DNA from: Piromyces finnis finn
Lineage: Eukaryota > Fungi > Neocallimastigomycota
Length of the DNA stretch: 64,000 nt
Assembly: GCA_002104945.1 (NCBI GenBank)
Contig: MCFH01000005.1
Coordinates: 806,001-870,000, forward strand
Direction of reading: 5' to 3'
Positions 11,652 through 26,014 of the stretch are shown piece by piece. Below the pieces are notes generated by a model. It saw only the letters and a list, made by a program, of their open reading frames with translations. It did not search any database and was not told the origin of the DNA. The first letter of the stretch is position 1, and every line of letters starts with the position of its first letter. Position numbers and translations under genes: made by a program.

Positions 11652-12967
11652 TTATGACATAGTCGGTTTACCAATAACAATAATATCTTGACCTAGAGTC
11701 AAAGATTGAACATGCTCAAGATGTGGCAGTGAGTTTTTCTCAATATCACCAAAGCCTAAAGCTTTAACACCATTACCTATATATAATGGACCAATAGTAA
11801 TTATAATATGTTGAATAATTTGGGAATTCATTAAAAAAGAACGAATAACTTGAGCTCCTCCTTCTACCATTACATTTCGAATATTGTATGTTGATTTTAG
11901 AATTTCTAATACTTTAGAAATATCTAATTGTGAGCCATTACATTTTATTTCATTTATTTTAATACCATAATCTTTTAAAATTTTTGCTTTTTTTAAGTCA
12001 TATAAACCTTCTGCTACAAATATTATTGGAGGTTTGATTTCAGTAAGTTTCTCGTAACCTTAAAACAAATACAATATAATTAAAAACAGATACATTAATT
12101 ATGAAATACTATAACATTAAATTAAATAGTATCGCCTATACTATAGCTATTAATAAATTTTCATAGTTCTTTTAAAATAATATTTTATATATATTTAATA
12201 TAAAAAAATCAAGTTTTTTTTTTTTTTTTTTTTCCTTCTTCTTCTTTGTTGTATTCAAAAATAAAAACATTTTAAAATGTATCGAATGTAATTTTAAATT
12301 TAAATTTTAAATAAAAATTAAAATTGTAAAAATAAAAAATAAAAAAAAAAAATAAAAATTAAAAATTGAAGTCAATATGATTAAGTATAACTAATATGTA
12401 TAATGAAAGGGAACTGATATATCAAATAAGAAAAAAAAAAATTAAGTTTGAATTTATATTAACATTAATATGTATTTTTCAATTCTTCTTGTTAACAAAA
12501 CTCTAACAAAAAAAAATTAAATATTATATATATATATATATATAAAATCTTTACATACCATTAATCTTTTGTTCTACATTTAATTTATATTCCTTATAAT
12601 TATTTAAAAGTTTGCAATTTAAAGGAAATCTTAACTTAGTGTCTAAAATTACAGGTTGAGGATTTCTAACATCTCCTCCATTATTAAAACCTGATAATTG
12701 TCTAACATTTAATTGAGGGTTATCATTTAACAATGTACCTATACCAATCATAATAGCATCATTTTTATTACGTAAGCAATGTGTCATTAACATTGATTCC
12801 TTTCCACTAATTAAAAGTGGGGGTGTATTAGGCATGCCAGAAATGAATCCATCTAATGTTTGAGCATATGTTAAAGTTACCTCAGGATAAGGACTTTTAT
12901 CGAAATTAAAGTTACTATTATTATATATTTCTTCTAATAAGTACTTTATTTTTTCTTCTTGATTCAT
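11652..12967 (-). CDS. RIB7: 2,5-diamino-6-ribosylamino-4(3H)-pyrimidinone 5'-phosphate reductase (RibD C-terminal domain); exons 12967-12559 and 12058-11652
   Basis: PEVTLTYAQTLDGFIS, THCLRNKNDAIMIGIGTLLNDNPQLNVR, QPVILDTKLRFP in exon 1 and VMVEGGAQVI in exon 2. A GT-AG intron joins the two ORF-track pieces in frame (816 nt in total). Confidence 0.9.
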
Positions 12968-15900
12968 TTTTAAATAATAATATTAAAATAATCTATTATA
13001 AATATTTATTTTAAAAAATTTTTATAAATTATTTTAAATAAATGAAAACCTTGGGATTTCATAAAAATTTAAAGATATTTTTCAATTGTTATTTTCTAAC
13101 CCTTTGTAATGAAAATTATCAATATAATTGAAAGATTTTTTTTCTAATCCTAAATGTTAATTATAAATAAAATTTTTCATAACGATTGTCATTATTGTTA
13201 TTACTATTTATAATAAATAATGCTTATAAATAATGATTTGGTTTCCAAAATAATATAAAAAGATATTACTTTTTATATTTATACATTGCTTTTTTTTTTA
13301 AAAGAATAGCAATTATAAAACACATGAATAATTTGAGAAATTGTTATAATTAAAAGCTAAATGTTAATATAAGTAATAATAACAGTAACAATAACAATTA
13401 TAATAATATAATAACGATTGATGTTCCTAATATTTTGACTATTTTTACAAATTAATAACTCTTTAGTAAAAAATATTTAAATTATGAAAATAAAAAAATA
13501 TATATAAACAATATGATAAAAATAACACGATGAAATGAAAAGTTCTTTTAAAATAAAATTGTCATGATCTTGAGCTTTTAGATACTATTTCATGTGGGGT
13601 TATTTAAATAATACATATTTAATATAATAAGTAAAAAATAACATATTTTCAATGATTTATTTAATTTGTTCTCTACGAAAATTCTTATAGTGCATAATTT
13701 TGATGTAGCAGGGTAAGTTCAGTAAATCCTATAAATATACTATAAATATAGTTATGATATATTCATTATTATTCCATAATAAATATAAATTATAATTAAT
13801 TATTGTTTTCATCAAAAATTTAAAATGTTTTAAATGTTTTTTTTTATGTACAACTTGTTTAGATAAATCTTTATTATAAAGTATACTGCATTAAGTATAT
13901 TAATATATTATTTTAATAATATAATTAATTAAAAAATTAAAATACATTTCAAATTGTAAGTAAACTAACATTGTACAAAAGTTACAAATTGTAAAAAATT
14001 GTATAATAAAATTTAAGGGGTTCAGTAACAATTATTTTTTTTTGATAAATAGATTTATATTATATAACTATATTTTTTATTTTGTTATTATTATTATTAT
14101 TATTTATTTTATCTGAATTATATAGATTAGTTATGAGAATATATATATTTATAGACGTAAATTTAAGATAGAGTATAAAAATATTTATTATTATTATATA
14201 TAAGTTATAATATTTAAAAAATTAAAAAATGACAATTACAAATTAATATAAAAAAATATACTATTTAATTTAGAGTCATTAGTATTAATAAACGATTTAA
14301 TACAATAAAATTATAGTAATATATTAAATTTTATTTGTATAAACAAATTATGAAAAAAATTTTTTATTATATTATACCATTAATTTTCTTTTGATCTACT
14401 ATTTTTTTTTAGGGAAAGAATTGAAAGAAAATTAATTTAACATTTTATTATTACTGTTTAATATGTTTATAGCAGCTAGAAGAATGATAGTAATATTGAA
14501 ATAAAATTATATTTTATTGTAATTATAATCGTTTAAATTACTTTTTAAAATATACTTTTTTATTGATTTTTATACATTATCTATATTTGTATCCATATAG
14601 TTTTTTTTGTTTTAGTGTCTATTTTGAATAAAATCAAGAAATTAATGGTACACAACTTAAATTTTTATTCAAATTACTTAATTATTAGTTATATATTACA
14701 TTTTAAATAGGATAGAGAAAAATTAATAAATATTAATTTAATTTGTATCATCCTAAGTTCAAATAAAAAAAATAAAAAAACAGCTCATGTTTTCAATTGA
14801 TAATTTTTCATATATAATAATTAAATGGTTAATCATTTAATTTACAAATATATTGAATTGATATATTTTCTATTAAATTATTTAGATTGTTCATTTACTT
14901 TTTATATTATTTTTAAATTAATTATCAAAAATATATTTATTAATTTTATTTAATATATTTTTTTATTTTATTATTTTATTAAACTTTTTTTGAATGTAAT
15001 TTAATTATAGAATAAGCTTTAATAGATTATGATGAAGTAATATATTAAAAGTGTAATGTACAGAATACTATTTAATATATTAACCTTATTTTATACTCTA
15101 AAACTTAATATATCAATAGAAAAATTATTATCCATATTTGTACATTTTAATAAAATTTTAATACTATTCCTAATTTTATTTAAATTAATTATAAAATATC
15201 TTTTATTATATACTACTTACTATATTCTACTATATGCATTTCCATATAATATTATATATTAAGTATTCCACGTTGAAATGTTTTTTTTTATTATATAATA
15301 AATATTAAAAACAATATAAATCGTTATTATTATTATAAAATTAATAATAAGTATTAATATTATTGTATTAATGAAGTTTTACTATGATAAATAACACCCA
15401 TACATTTGATACAATAGTATTAATCAACATAATATAAGCCTTGATGATATTTTTATTATTATTATTATTATTATTAAATTTATATTATAATTATTTATTA
15501 TATAGAAATAAAATTATTTTATTATAAATAAACTTGGTAAAAGCTACCCAAATTCTAATTTCTATAATAAAAGAATGAATAAAGGTATAATTGAAAATAA
15601 ATTTTAATTGATAGTATTACCTGTAATATATTGTATATAAATTTTAATTATATTACCTATAGAAATATAATAATTTATATTTGGCATTGGTTTTTTTTTT
15701 AATAAATATATATATTTATTTTAATATATTAGTATATTAAATATTAATAATTAAACATTTTTTATATTTATATTTATTTTTTTTTATATTTATTTTTTTA
15801 AACAAGTTATTTATGTATTTATTATTATTATTATAAAGTAGATTATTATTATTTTATTAAATAATAATTTAGTTATAATAGACAGTTAAGATTTCAGGAA

Positions 15901-17224
15901 TAACGCAAAGTGAATATATTCTTTACTTTACATTTTCCTATTTAGATAGTTCTTTTTTTCAAACTTTGTAAATTAATCGAGAAAAGAATTATTTTAATAA
16001 TTGATTATCGGATAATATAATTGTAACAAAAAATGCTAATAGAATAATAGTTATAATAATAATAATAATAAACAAACAAACAAACAAACAACAACAACAA
16101 CAAAAAAAAAAAAACCAAAAAAAAAAAAAAAAACCAAAACAAAACAAACAAATAATAATAAAAAAAAAAACAAAGAAAAGAGCACAAAATATTTTATAAA
16201 TTAAATAAAAATAACAACAATAATAATAGTATTAATAATAATTAAAAAAAAAAAAAAAAAAAAAAATTAAAAACAAACAAACAAAAATAAACGAACAAAA
16301 ATATTAATATATAAAGCAAATAAACAAGAAGAAACAATTATTTAAGAAAACAAATAAAAATCAAAAGAAAATCCTTCTGAATAATCACTAATAGATATTG
16401 AATTTGAGAGCAGATTTTTTGAAATTAAATTTCATTAATTTATTTATAATAAATTCCAGTTAACAGATTTAATACTTCATAATAAAAATAAGGAATAATA
16501 TATAAGATGTAACTATTTCATTTATTTATTATTGATATAAATAAAGAGTAATCATAATATATTTGTGGATATTTATAAAGTATAATAATAATCTGAATAT
16601 GTAATCAATAAAAGATTAAATTTAAAATTGAGTAAATAAACAATATAATTTATCATTCATATATTAAATAAATTAAATTTATAATTTATTAAGACTTTAA
16701 TATTTCAAAATAACAAAAAACAAAACAAAAATAAAAACAAAATAAAAGACTTTTTACTACTCTTAGCAAGTATAGTAATTAATAATAAAAGAATTTATTT
16801 AATAAGGAAAACAATAATTTATAAGAGGATAACTAAATTATCATATTAGATTTTTTATTCATTTTTATTTTTTGATTTATTTAAATATGTTTAGTAAGCA
16901 TAATGACCGAGAAAACAATTGAAATAAATGAAATAAAAAATAAAATCGAAAAGATAAATGATAATACATATATATAGAATAAATCTATTCAAAATTATAT
17001 ATATTTTTCGAAAAATTGTTAAATTCTATTAAAAAATAATGCACAGAATTAAAAACATAAATAATAAATACTAAACTTTTCTTTATACAAGAAATAAAAA
17101 TTATTAAAAATTAGTAATAATAAAAACAAATATCCACAAGAATTAAAAAATAAATTACTCGAAGAGTATAAATATTTAATATATTTATTAAAATTAATTC
17201 TGTTTATTCATATTTATTTATTAG

Positions 17225-18604
17225 GGAACAACAAGTTATAGATTATGATTGGATTGAAATAAATGATCCACAAACTTCAAGATCTTTTTATGCCAATATA
17301 AAAAGTGGTGAATGTTCCTGGGTAAAGCCGGATAATGCAAAAATGTAATATAATTTAATTTAATATTAAGCAAATTAATGGGAAAATAAATAATTTTTGT
17401 GTAAATTTGTGTAATTAATAGTTAATTCATATAAATTAACATTAAATAATAGAAAAGAAAAAGACGTTAATGGTGAAGAATGGTGGGAATTATTTGATAA
17501 TAATCATGGATTAGTAAGTATTAAATTTTTATAAAATATTTTTAAAGAGTAAAAGCTTATTTTATATTTTATAAACAATAAAAATAGCCATACTATTATA
17601 ATTTAAAAACAAGAAAAACTGAATGGAAACGCCCAGAAAATGGTAAGCATTCAATAATTTGATATTTTAATCATTAAATATTAGCTAAGGTATAAATACA
17701 TTAAATTTATAATTATTTTTAGCTACTATAATTCCACTTATTGCAATCCAAAATACTACTATTGCTGTTTCTATGCAAATGAAACTTCAACAAAAAGGCA
17801 ATGCCAGTGGAAATCAAATGAATGAACCAATGGTAATATACAATATATTGAGCTATTTAAATTTATAATAAAGAGTTTGTCATATAAGAAAAATTAAATT
17901 TCTTAGTTTCCTTTAATACTGATTATTATAAATATTTTTTTATTCATATTAAATACTTTAAATTTAATATAAATAATTTAGGAACCAAGTCCATCATTTG
18001 ACCAAAATCAACAAAGAACAAACCCAGTTCGTATTGATAATACCTCACCTGAAGCTGCAAATGCAGCACAAATCGGTAGAACTCAAGGAATTAGCAATCC
18101 AGTAATAAATAATGGTAAGTTTCTATCAAAAAAAAAAAAAAAAACATATAAAACATAATATATATTTTTTGATTATTAGAAATAAGCTAAAAATTTATCA
18201 TTATCTATATTATGGAATTATTTTAAAATTTGGATGGTGGATAATTTATCAATGTATTGGATTTTTTATATATATTTTTTGTTGGAATTATTGAATAATA
18301 TTAATAATTAAATACAAAATATATAATATGATATTATTACTTAATAAAAATACTTAAAAAATTGATACATTGGTGGAATATAAAATGATGGATGATAATA
18401 AATAATAATAACTTTAATAATGATAATTATAAAAATATTATTAAAATGTTATACTAATATAAAATTATAAAAAACATTCAACAACAACAATAACATATGA
18501 ATAAAATGTTTGTAATTAATTGAAATATTAATAAATGTTGAAATTTTGATAAATAATGAATTTGAATAATATGAAACATAAAATGAATGAATGAATAAAA
18601 TGAA

Positions 18605-18635
<31 letters not shown>

Positions 18636-20616
18636 TTGATGATGGAAAAAAAAAGATATGGCGGATAAAATGAATCCAACACATCCAATGAATCGTGCTA
18701 ACTCTGAAACACCTCCAACATTACCAGATGATCTAAAGGATAATATAAGTCAATTCCAAATCGAAGGCTTTGCTCATCAATACTTCATGGAACATAGAGC
18801 TGGAATATTTAGAAGAAAGGTACCTCTTGAAAAGTTATTGATTTGGCAAAAAGATGCTATTAAGGCTCCATTAATGGTTTTGAATAAAGAATTACAAAAA
18901 GAATCACCAAAATGTTTCAAATTAATTCAAAGAATAATGGGAGATCGTGCTCCAATAGGCCAATCTGAAGATATACAAGCACTATTAGAAAAGGGTATTA
19001 TGAATGGTCAATTAAGAGATGAAATTTATGTTTTACTTTGTAAGCAATTAAGTCAAAATCCAAATCCAGAAAGTTTACTTCTAGGTTGGCAATTAATGGC
19101 TGTTATTGTTATTAGTTTCCCACCTTCAAAGAATTTCGAAGGCTATTTGATTCAATTTATAAGACAATATCATGATAAAGAAGTTATACCACACCCAAAT
19201 GCTGATCCAAACCAAAAACAAACACTTTTTACTATCATTGTTCACTGTCATAAAAAGTTGCTTAGAATATGTCAAACCGGTCCAAAGGGAAAAGTTCCAA
19301 CTATTAATGAAATTGAAAGAGGAAAGGTAAATATGATTATATATATATATGTATATATTATTGTTATGTATTTGATTTAGGATTAACCTTTATTTTTTGA
19401 ATATATATTAAAATGCTGAATAATAATAGGAAGCACCATTTAAACCATCTGTGTTTGGTGAAACTTTACAAGATATTATGAGTGTACAAGAACAAAAGAT
19501 TCCTCAATTAAAGATTCCAATGATTATGGACTTTTTAGCTAAAGCTGTATTAGATCTTAATGGATGTCATACTGAGGGTATCTTTAGAGTAAGTATCATT
19601 TTATTTTACTATTCATTGTTAAAATGACTAATTATTAATAATTATCGATTTATGCATAAACAGGTTCCGGGTGATGTTGATATGGTTACAGGTAATTATA
19701 AATGATAAAAATAAGTTAAAAATTGTTTAAGCTTATGTAGTAAATATGACTATTTTATATTTTTATTAATAATAGAATTAAGATGTAGAGTTGATCAAGA
19801 TCAATATAATTTAGGAAGTATAAAAGGTAAAGATTGTCAAATTATAAACAAATGTAAAATAATTGTAAGCGATTTAAGTATTAATCTTTTTTATTATAAA
19901 AAAAAAGATCCAAATGTACCTGCTTCTTTGTTAAAGTTCTGGCTTCGTGATCTTGCTGATCCTTTAATTCCAACCGCTAATTAATATCCTTTTAATCATA
20001 AAAAATATTATTATATAATTTATTTTTAATTAATTTTATTATGGTTATTTTATATTATTTAAATTTATTATGATCCTTAACAGATATGTTTACTCAAGAA
20101 TGTATTGATGTAGGTGCTAAAGAAGGTCAAGAAGGAACAACAGAAAATGCATGGAATATAATAAAAATATTACCTGAAACTAATCGTAGAGTTGTAAATT
20201 ATATGATTAACTTCCTTAGAGTAAGTTAAAGAATGCGTTAATATGATTGATGTTAAACAAGTATTAAAGAAATGAATTTAAAAATTTAATTAATAAATTT
20301 AAATAACATAGATTATTGCTGATCAAAGAAATCAACCAATAACTAAAATGACATTAGCAAATTTAGCTATGGTATTCGCACCTAACTTTTTAAGATGTCC
20401 AAGGTATATTCAATAATAGTTATTAAAATAAAAAAGTAGTATTTTTTTTAAGGCAAATTAATGCTAATTAGAAATATTATGTATATTTTATAAAATAGTG
20501 ATAATCTTACTACTATTTTCGATAATACTAAATTTGAACAAGCATTTTTAAGAATCCTTATATTAAATGGATCTGATTTAGATGATCCTAATGGTCCATT
20601 ACCACCAAAAAATTAA
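17225..20616 (+). CDS. WW-WW-MyTH4-RhoGAP protein (ARHGAP39/Vilse-like); exons 17225-17344, 17453-17513, 17588-17642, 17723-17832, 17982-18114, 18656-19326, 19430-19588, 19664-19691, 19776-19826, 19908-19983, 20094-20220, 20312-20403, 20499-20616; first exon upstream and not located with certainty
   Basis: WW motifs DWIEINDPQTSRSFYAN..GECSWVKP and WWELFD...PYYYN..TRKTEWKRP, then IIPLIAIQ. MyTH4 region FAHQYF..HRAGIFRRKVP...LRDEIYVLLCKQL. RhoGAP region EGIFRVPGD...ASLLKFWLRDLADPLIP...KMTLANLAMVFAPNFLRCP. All junctions keep frame; one needs an AT-AC intron. Confidence 0.88.
19984..20093 (+). other. U12-type (minor spliceosome) AT-AC intron
   Basis: 5' splice site ATATCCTTTT, branch point TCCTTAAC at 20074-20081, 3' end TTTAC. 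Removal gives PLIPTANYQECI. Without splicing there is an in-frame TAA at 19982-19984 and no GT donor nearby. Confidence 0.9.
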
Positions 20617-21143
20617 TTTTTATAAATATTAATTTAAGAGTAATAAATGAAGAGAAATATGATTTTATATAATCACTTTTCGTAATTTGTTATAAATAAA
20701 TATTAATCTTTTACTATTTTTAATTCAATAATCTATATCATTAATCGGTTTACAAAATAAAATAATAAAATTTATTTTAAAAATATATAAATCAATAAAA
20801 AGTATTTTTTTTTTTTTTTAAAAAAAGAAAAAACTAAACAAAAAATTAAAAAAAAAAAAAATAATGAGAAAAAATATATAAATAGATTTTTTTCTTAAAG
20901 AAAGCAAAGATATTAGATAACACTACAATCAAATTGTTTAAACAATTAGCAAATGAAATTTAGTAAAATAATAGACAAACAGATCATAATAAATAGAAAT
21001 ATATAGATTATAATCAATGTTAGGTTAATTATTAATTAGAAATTCAAAAAAAAAAAAAAAAAAATCAAATCATACAATATTTTTTTTTTTTTAACTTTAC
21101 AATTATATTTTTTATAAATAAAATCAAAATAAAATTTTTTTAC

Positions 21144-21174
<31 letters not shown>

Positions 21175-21559
21175 AAAAAGAAAAAAGAAAGATAAATGCT
21201 TTGTTATAAAAATATATTCATAATATCTAGAAAAATTGCTTTTAATTTTTATATAATTATCTTTTTTTTTTTTTTTTATTTTTTATTTTTTTTTTTTTTT
21301 AAACATTTTATTATACATTTATTTATTTAAAGAATAAAATTTTAAAAATTAAAGATGTAAAAAAATATATGCGTGACAGAAAAAGTAAAAAACAAAAAAA
21401 AAAAAAAAAAAAAAAACAAAGGCAAAAAAACAAACATTAAATATATAATTCAATATTAAAAAAAAAAAAAAAGTTTTATCGCATTTTAAAGAACTTTATC
21501 AATATTTATGTTGGATTATATAAAATAATTTAGGGTATTAAATTAAAAAAATAAAATAA

Positions 21560-21591
<32 letters not shown>

Positions 21592-22195
21592 AAATTATTA
21601 ATAAAAAATAATTTTTTAATTGGATTATAGTTATTTTATATTATTTACTTAAATAATCAGTGTTTTATTCATATAATAACTTTTAAAATTTAAACATTAA
21701 AAACAACTCATTTTTAATAAATTGATTATTATTGACAAATATAATAATATGGAAAGTATTTTAAGAAACACATCAAAAAATAGTTTCATAGAAGAAGATC
21801 ATATTTACCATAACATTCTATAATATTTTGTATGAAATCTTGTTTATAGTTATTTTTTTGATTAAAATCGTACTATTTATGAACAACTTATATAATTAAA
21901 TGATATATACTTTCTAATATACTTTTCTATTTTTTATATATTATTTATTGATTTTTTTTTTTTTTTTTTTTTTATATTTCTAATTAATATAAATTTATAT
22001 ATAAATTATATAATTATAATAAAAAATGTAATGAACAATTTTTTTTTTTATTTTCATTATTGTCTATAAAATAATAAATAAATAAAAAAAAAAACAATAT
22101 TAATTTTATTTAATGTATTTCAAAGCTATTTGTTTTAATGTTTTTTTAATAATATATATTAAAATATAATATATAGAAACGTCTTATTATATTAT

Positions 22196-24408
22196 TTATT
22201 TAGTACTATATAAATTCATTAAACTGTTGTAAGTGTTTAATCTTTTGACTTTTAACTTTTCAATGGATAAGGATTTTGGAAGGGTTGTCATACTTCTAGA
22301 ACGATTAATGGTTGTTGATTTAGTTTGTTCATTTGATTTTAAGGTTTTTATTGGTAGTTTATTTATTTTTGAACAGACTGGACATTTAATTTCTATCCAT
22401 TCTTCATTTTCTAAGTTTTTCGTTATTGGCTTTCTTGAAGTACCTTGAATAGAATAATCAATTTCTTCTTCAACTTCTGATTCTTCTTCCTCTTCTTCTA
22501 AATCCGTCACAATGATGTCATTTTCAATGCATTCAATTTTGTGAGTTGCAATAGAATTGTGATCTTTTTCATATTCATTAAAAAAAATTAGTAAAAAAAA
22601 AAAAAAAAAATAAAATTAATACATACATAAAAATATATTTTAAACTAAATAATTTTTTTTTTGATTATATTACCATTTGTCTTTGAACTTTTTAATAAAG
22701 ATGCTTGAGCATGAGATAATGATTTCTTATCTAATGAAAGTAAATGTGAAACATTTAAATTATCATCTTCCCAATGATAACCAGCTTTTAATAATGCTTC
22801 TTTTAAACATGGCCAATGAAATTCATGATTACAACATGGTAAACGTGTATATCTCATATTAATTGTATTAGACTGTGTAATCGAATGAGAAATTAAATTT
22901 TCAATAGAATTGCATTTTGGAAGAGATCCTTCAATTCTTCTTTTTAATGTATTCGAAATAAATTTGCATTGACCACATTTTTCGAGAGAACAGAAAAAGG
23001 TAAAATCAATATTAAAAGCTGGAATATCAATACCCCTTTCAGCCATTCTTTTATGAACACCTTCATTATATTCTTCATCATCTGTTTCTAATTCATAACG
23101 ACATACTGGACATGTATTATTATCTTTTAACCATTGGAATATACAAGATTCATGGAAAATATGACCACAAGGCATTAATCTTATATTATCATCATCAGTA
23201 CTGATTGCATTGTTTTGTTCGTCTTTATCTACTGATTTAGTAGATTCTTCGCCTTCACCTTCTTTTAAAGTATTGGAAATACATAAATTTGACTTTGTTT
23301 TTGATTTAAGATGTTTATTAACATTAGTAATAAAATCTTCTTGACAAATAATACAATTTGGTTGAGTTTGTAAACGAGTACCAAATTTCATCATTTCTGG
23401 AGTCAATATACGAGTGGTATTTTCCATAGCTTCTTTTGAAGCGCCTGGATGGCTATGTGAGTTAGATGCTGTTAAGAGTTGAATTAAATTAGCTAAATCA
23501 AAAGAAAGTGGTAAGTTAACATACATAACATTTCCAGGGTGCATATAAGCAGCTCTTTCTCTTTCGGTAGATTCATTAGATGCTTCATTTTCATCATCAG
23601 GAGCTGGTTCAAAACGAGTGTACATAAATGGAGTAGTAATAATTGGATTTGGATTAGTACGAACATAGCGGAAAGCTGATGTTTGATGTTCATCTTCTCT
23701 TCTATTTTCATTTCTTTCTTCATGCTCCCCTTCTTCTACAGCTTCTCCTTCATTTTGACGGAGGGGCTCCATAAATGGACGACGTAACCGATGTTCAGCT
23801 GAGATTAGTAAAATCATTGTATTTAATAAATTAACAAAACTAGAAAGTTCATTGTGTTCATTAATTAATATATTTCTTTGTCTTTCCATTTCTGCATCAA
23901 GCTCTAATTCTTGTTGTCTTCTTCTTTCTTCTTCAATAGCACGATTTAATACATTAATACGATGAATACGATCTAACATTTCAATTAAACTTTGTGTACT
24001 TCCATCGGATGATTCAGATTCCTCATTTCTAGTAGGATCATATAAACTATCTTCGAGACTTAATAAGCTATCATTACTATTTAAGATACCATAGCTACTA
24101 TTTCTGTCTAATTCTGAAATATTTCTAGATATTCTATTATATGATTCCACTCCATTAGTACTATCATTTCTTTCATTACTTTGTTGCATCATCATATTAA
24201 CTGGTCTATCAGCATTTTCTGTTCTATTACTAATATTATAGGTATCATTGCTATTTTCATTATTATTTGCTTCTTCATTAGTATTGGTGGTTACATTTCT
24301 ACTAATTCCCGTGAAATTCATAAAGTTTGGTAAGAAGAAAAAACGTTGATTTCTAGATCTATTTTCTTGTTCTTCAGAATTATTATGGGGATTTGAGTTT
24401 TCAGACAT
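22196..24408 (-). CDS. RING-H2 E3 ubiquitin ligase with a second, atypical RING-like Cys/His array; exons 24408-22674 and 22563-22196
   Basis: CIICQEDF...[38 protein letters not shown] intron (22673-22564) links the 587-aa and 104-aa ORF-track pieces in frame. Confidence 0.85.
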
Positions 24409-25597
24409 ATTTGGTATATTTTTATTTATTTATTTTTAAATAAATTCTAATTCAATAGATTTTCCAGATATTTAATTCTTTATAGAGTATAATACTCAAT
24501 TTTTAACGACTTTTTTTTTTTTATTTATAGATATAAATAAAATAAAATAAAATATAATAATATTATATTGATATTTGATATATACTATTTAACATTAATT
24601 ATCATATTTAATATAATTTTTTATCAAAAAATATTTGATTTTTTTATTAACAGAAGTGAAATTATTCTATTTATATGGAAATCTTGTTTCGTTAAACATT
24701 AACTATGTTTTTTTTTAGTGTAACAAATGTTAAATATTATATATTTTTTGAGTTTCGGTTTTGTTTTGTTTTAGTATTATGTTGAATAATTTTATTAAAT
24801 GTATTTGAAATGACATTATTTAATTATTATAAAAGGAATAATTTATATAGTAAATTTATTAAATAAAAATATATTTATTTAATGATAAAATATTTATAGA
24901 AAGAAATTTAAATAACAGAAAGGTAAAATACTATTAATTATATTAATAATAATAATTTATCTATTTAAAAATTAAATTTCTAATGTTTTTATTTTTTTTT
25001 TAATCAATTAGTAGATTTAAATTCAAAATATTAATAAAATGAAATGTTTTTTTTTATTTTTACATTATGCCAATTATTATTTATATTTTATTTATTTATT
25101 TTATTTTTTTTACATTAGTGTTAATATTATTAAAAAAGTTTTAATTCTTTTGAAATATCTTTAACAAAATGTAAATTTTTTAAAATTTTTATAATTAATA
25201 AAAATTCATTCGCAGAATTTAATTAATGTAACAATTAAATCTTTTTGTGTAAAGGAAATTTTATTTATTATAAAATAATATTTATCAAATTAAATATAAT
25301 TTAACCAACCAATTCACCATAATTAACCTTTACTTATTTAATAATAGCTTTTTGTAATATCGTAATAGTTAATAAAATTTCTTTTAAATTAATTATTATT
25401 ATCTCTTTTTTTTTTTTTTTTTTTCTTTATTTTGATAAGGAGGATGTAGATATATAGAAATTATAATTAAAACTTCATTTTTTTATGGTTCCCCATAACT
25501 GTTATGAAAAAGAAAATAATTATTTACAAGGTTCATTAACAATAATATATAAATATTAATGTTTATACATAATTTCGTAAAATTCTAAATATCCACT

Positions 25598-25651
<54 letters not shown>

Positions 25652-26014
25652 GAGCTTAAAATATTTTATATTAAATTATTATTATTTTTTTTTATGATTT
25701 ACAAATTAAATAAAAATATGTAATATTATATATAACATTAATTTGATAATGTTTAATAAATAAAAATAAACTTAAAGTTATTAATAAACCTTAATTATAT
25801 TAAAACTCATGTAAAACAACCTTTTTATAAAAAAAATAACTTGGTATACTTATAATCTAGGCTCTAAGAATTCTGTAATATTCTTTTAATTCTATTAGAA
25901 ACGGTTTTTCATTTATATACCTATTAAAAATTATGAAACATAATAGTATTCGTATTAACAATTGTATTAAATAACAAATGTATAATTATCAGAAAAAAAA
26001 AATATAATAATGAA

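Noticed and set aside
15056-16187. Short hydrophobic ORFs (68 and 60 aa)
   Set aside because: Products of AT-rich and simple-repeat sequence; no motifs. The same applies to ORFs at 28219, 32772, 32902, 56320 and 60577.
20082-20083. Canonical AG acceptor in the RhoGAP intron
   Set aside because: Would need a phase-1 GT/GC donor that is absent upstream; the AT-AC model fits both splice consensus and protein alignment.
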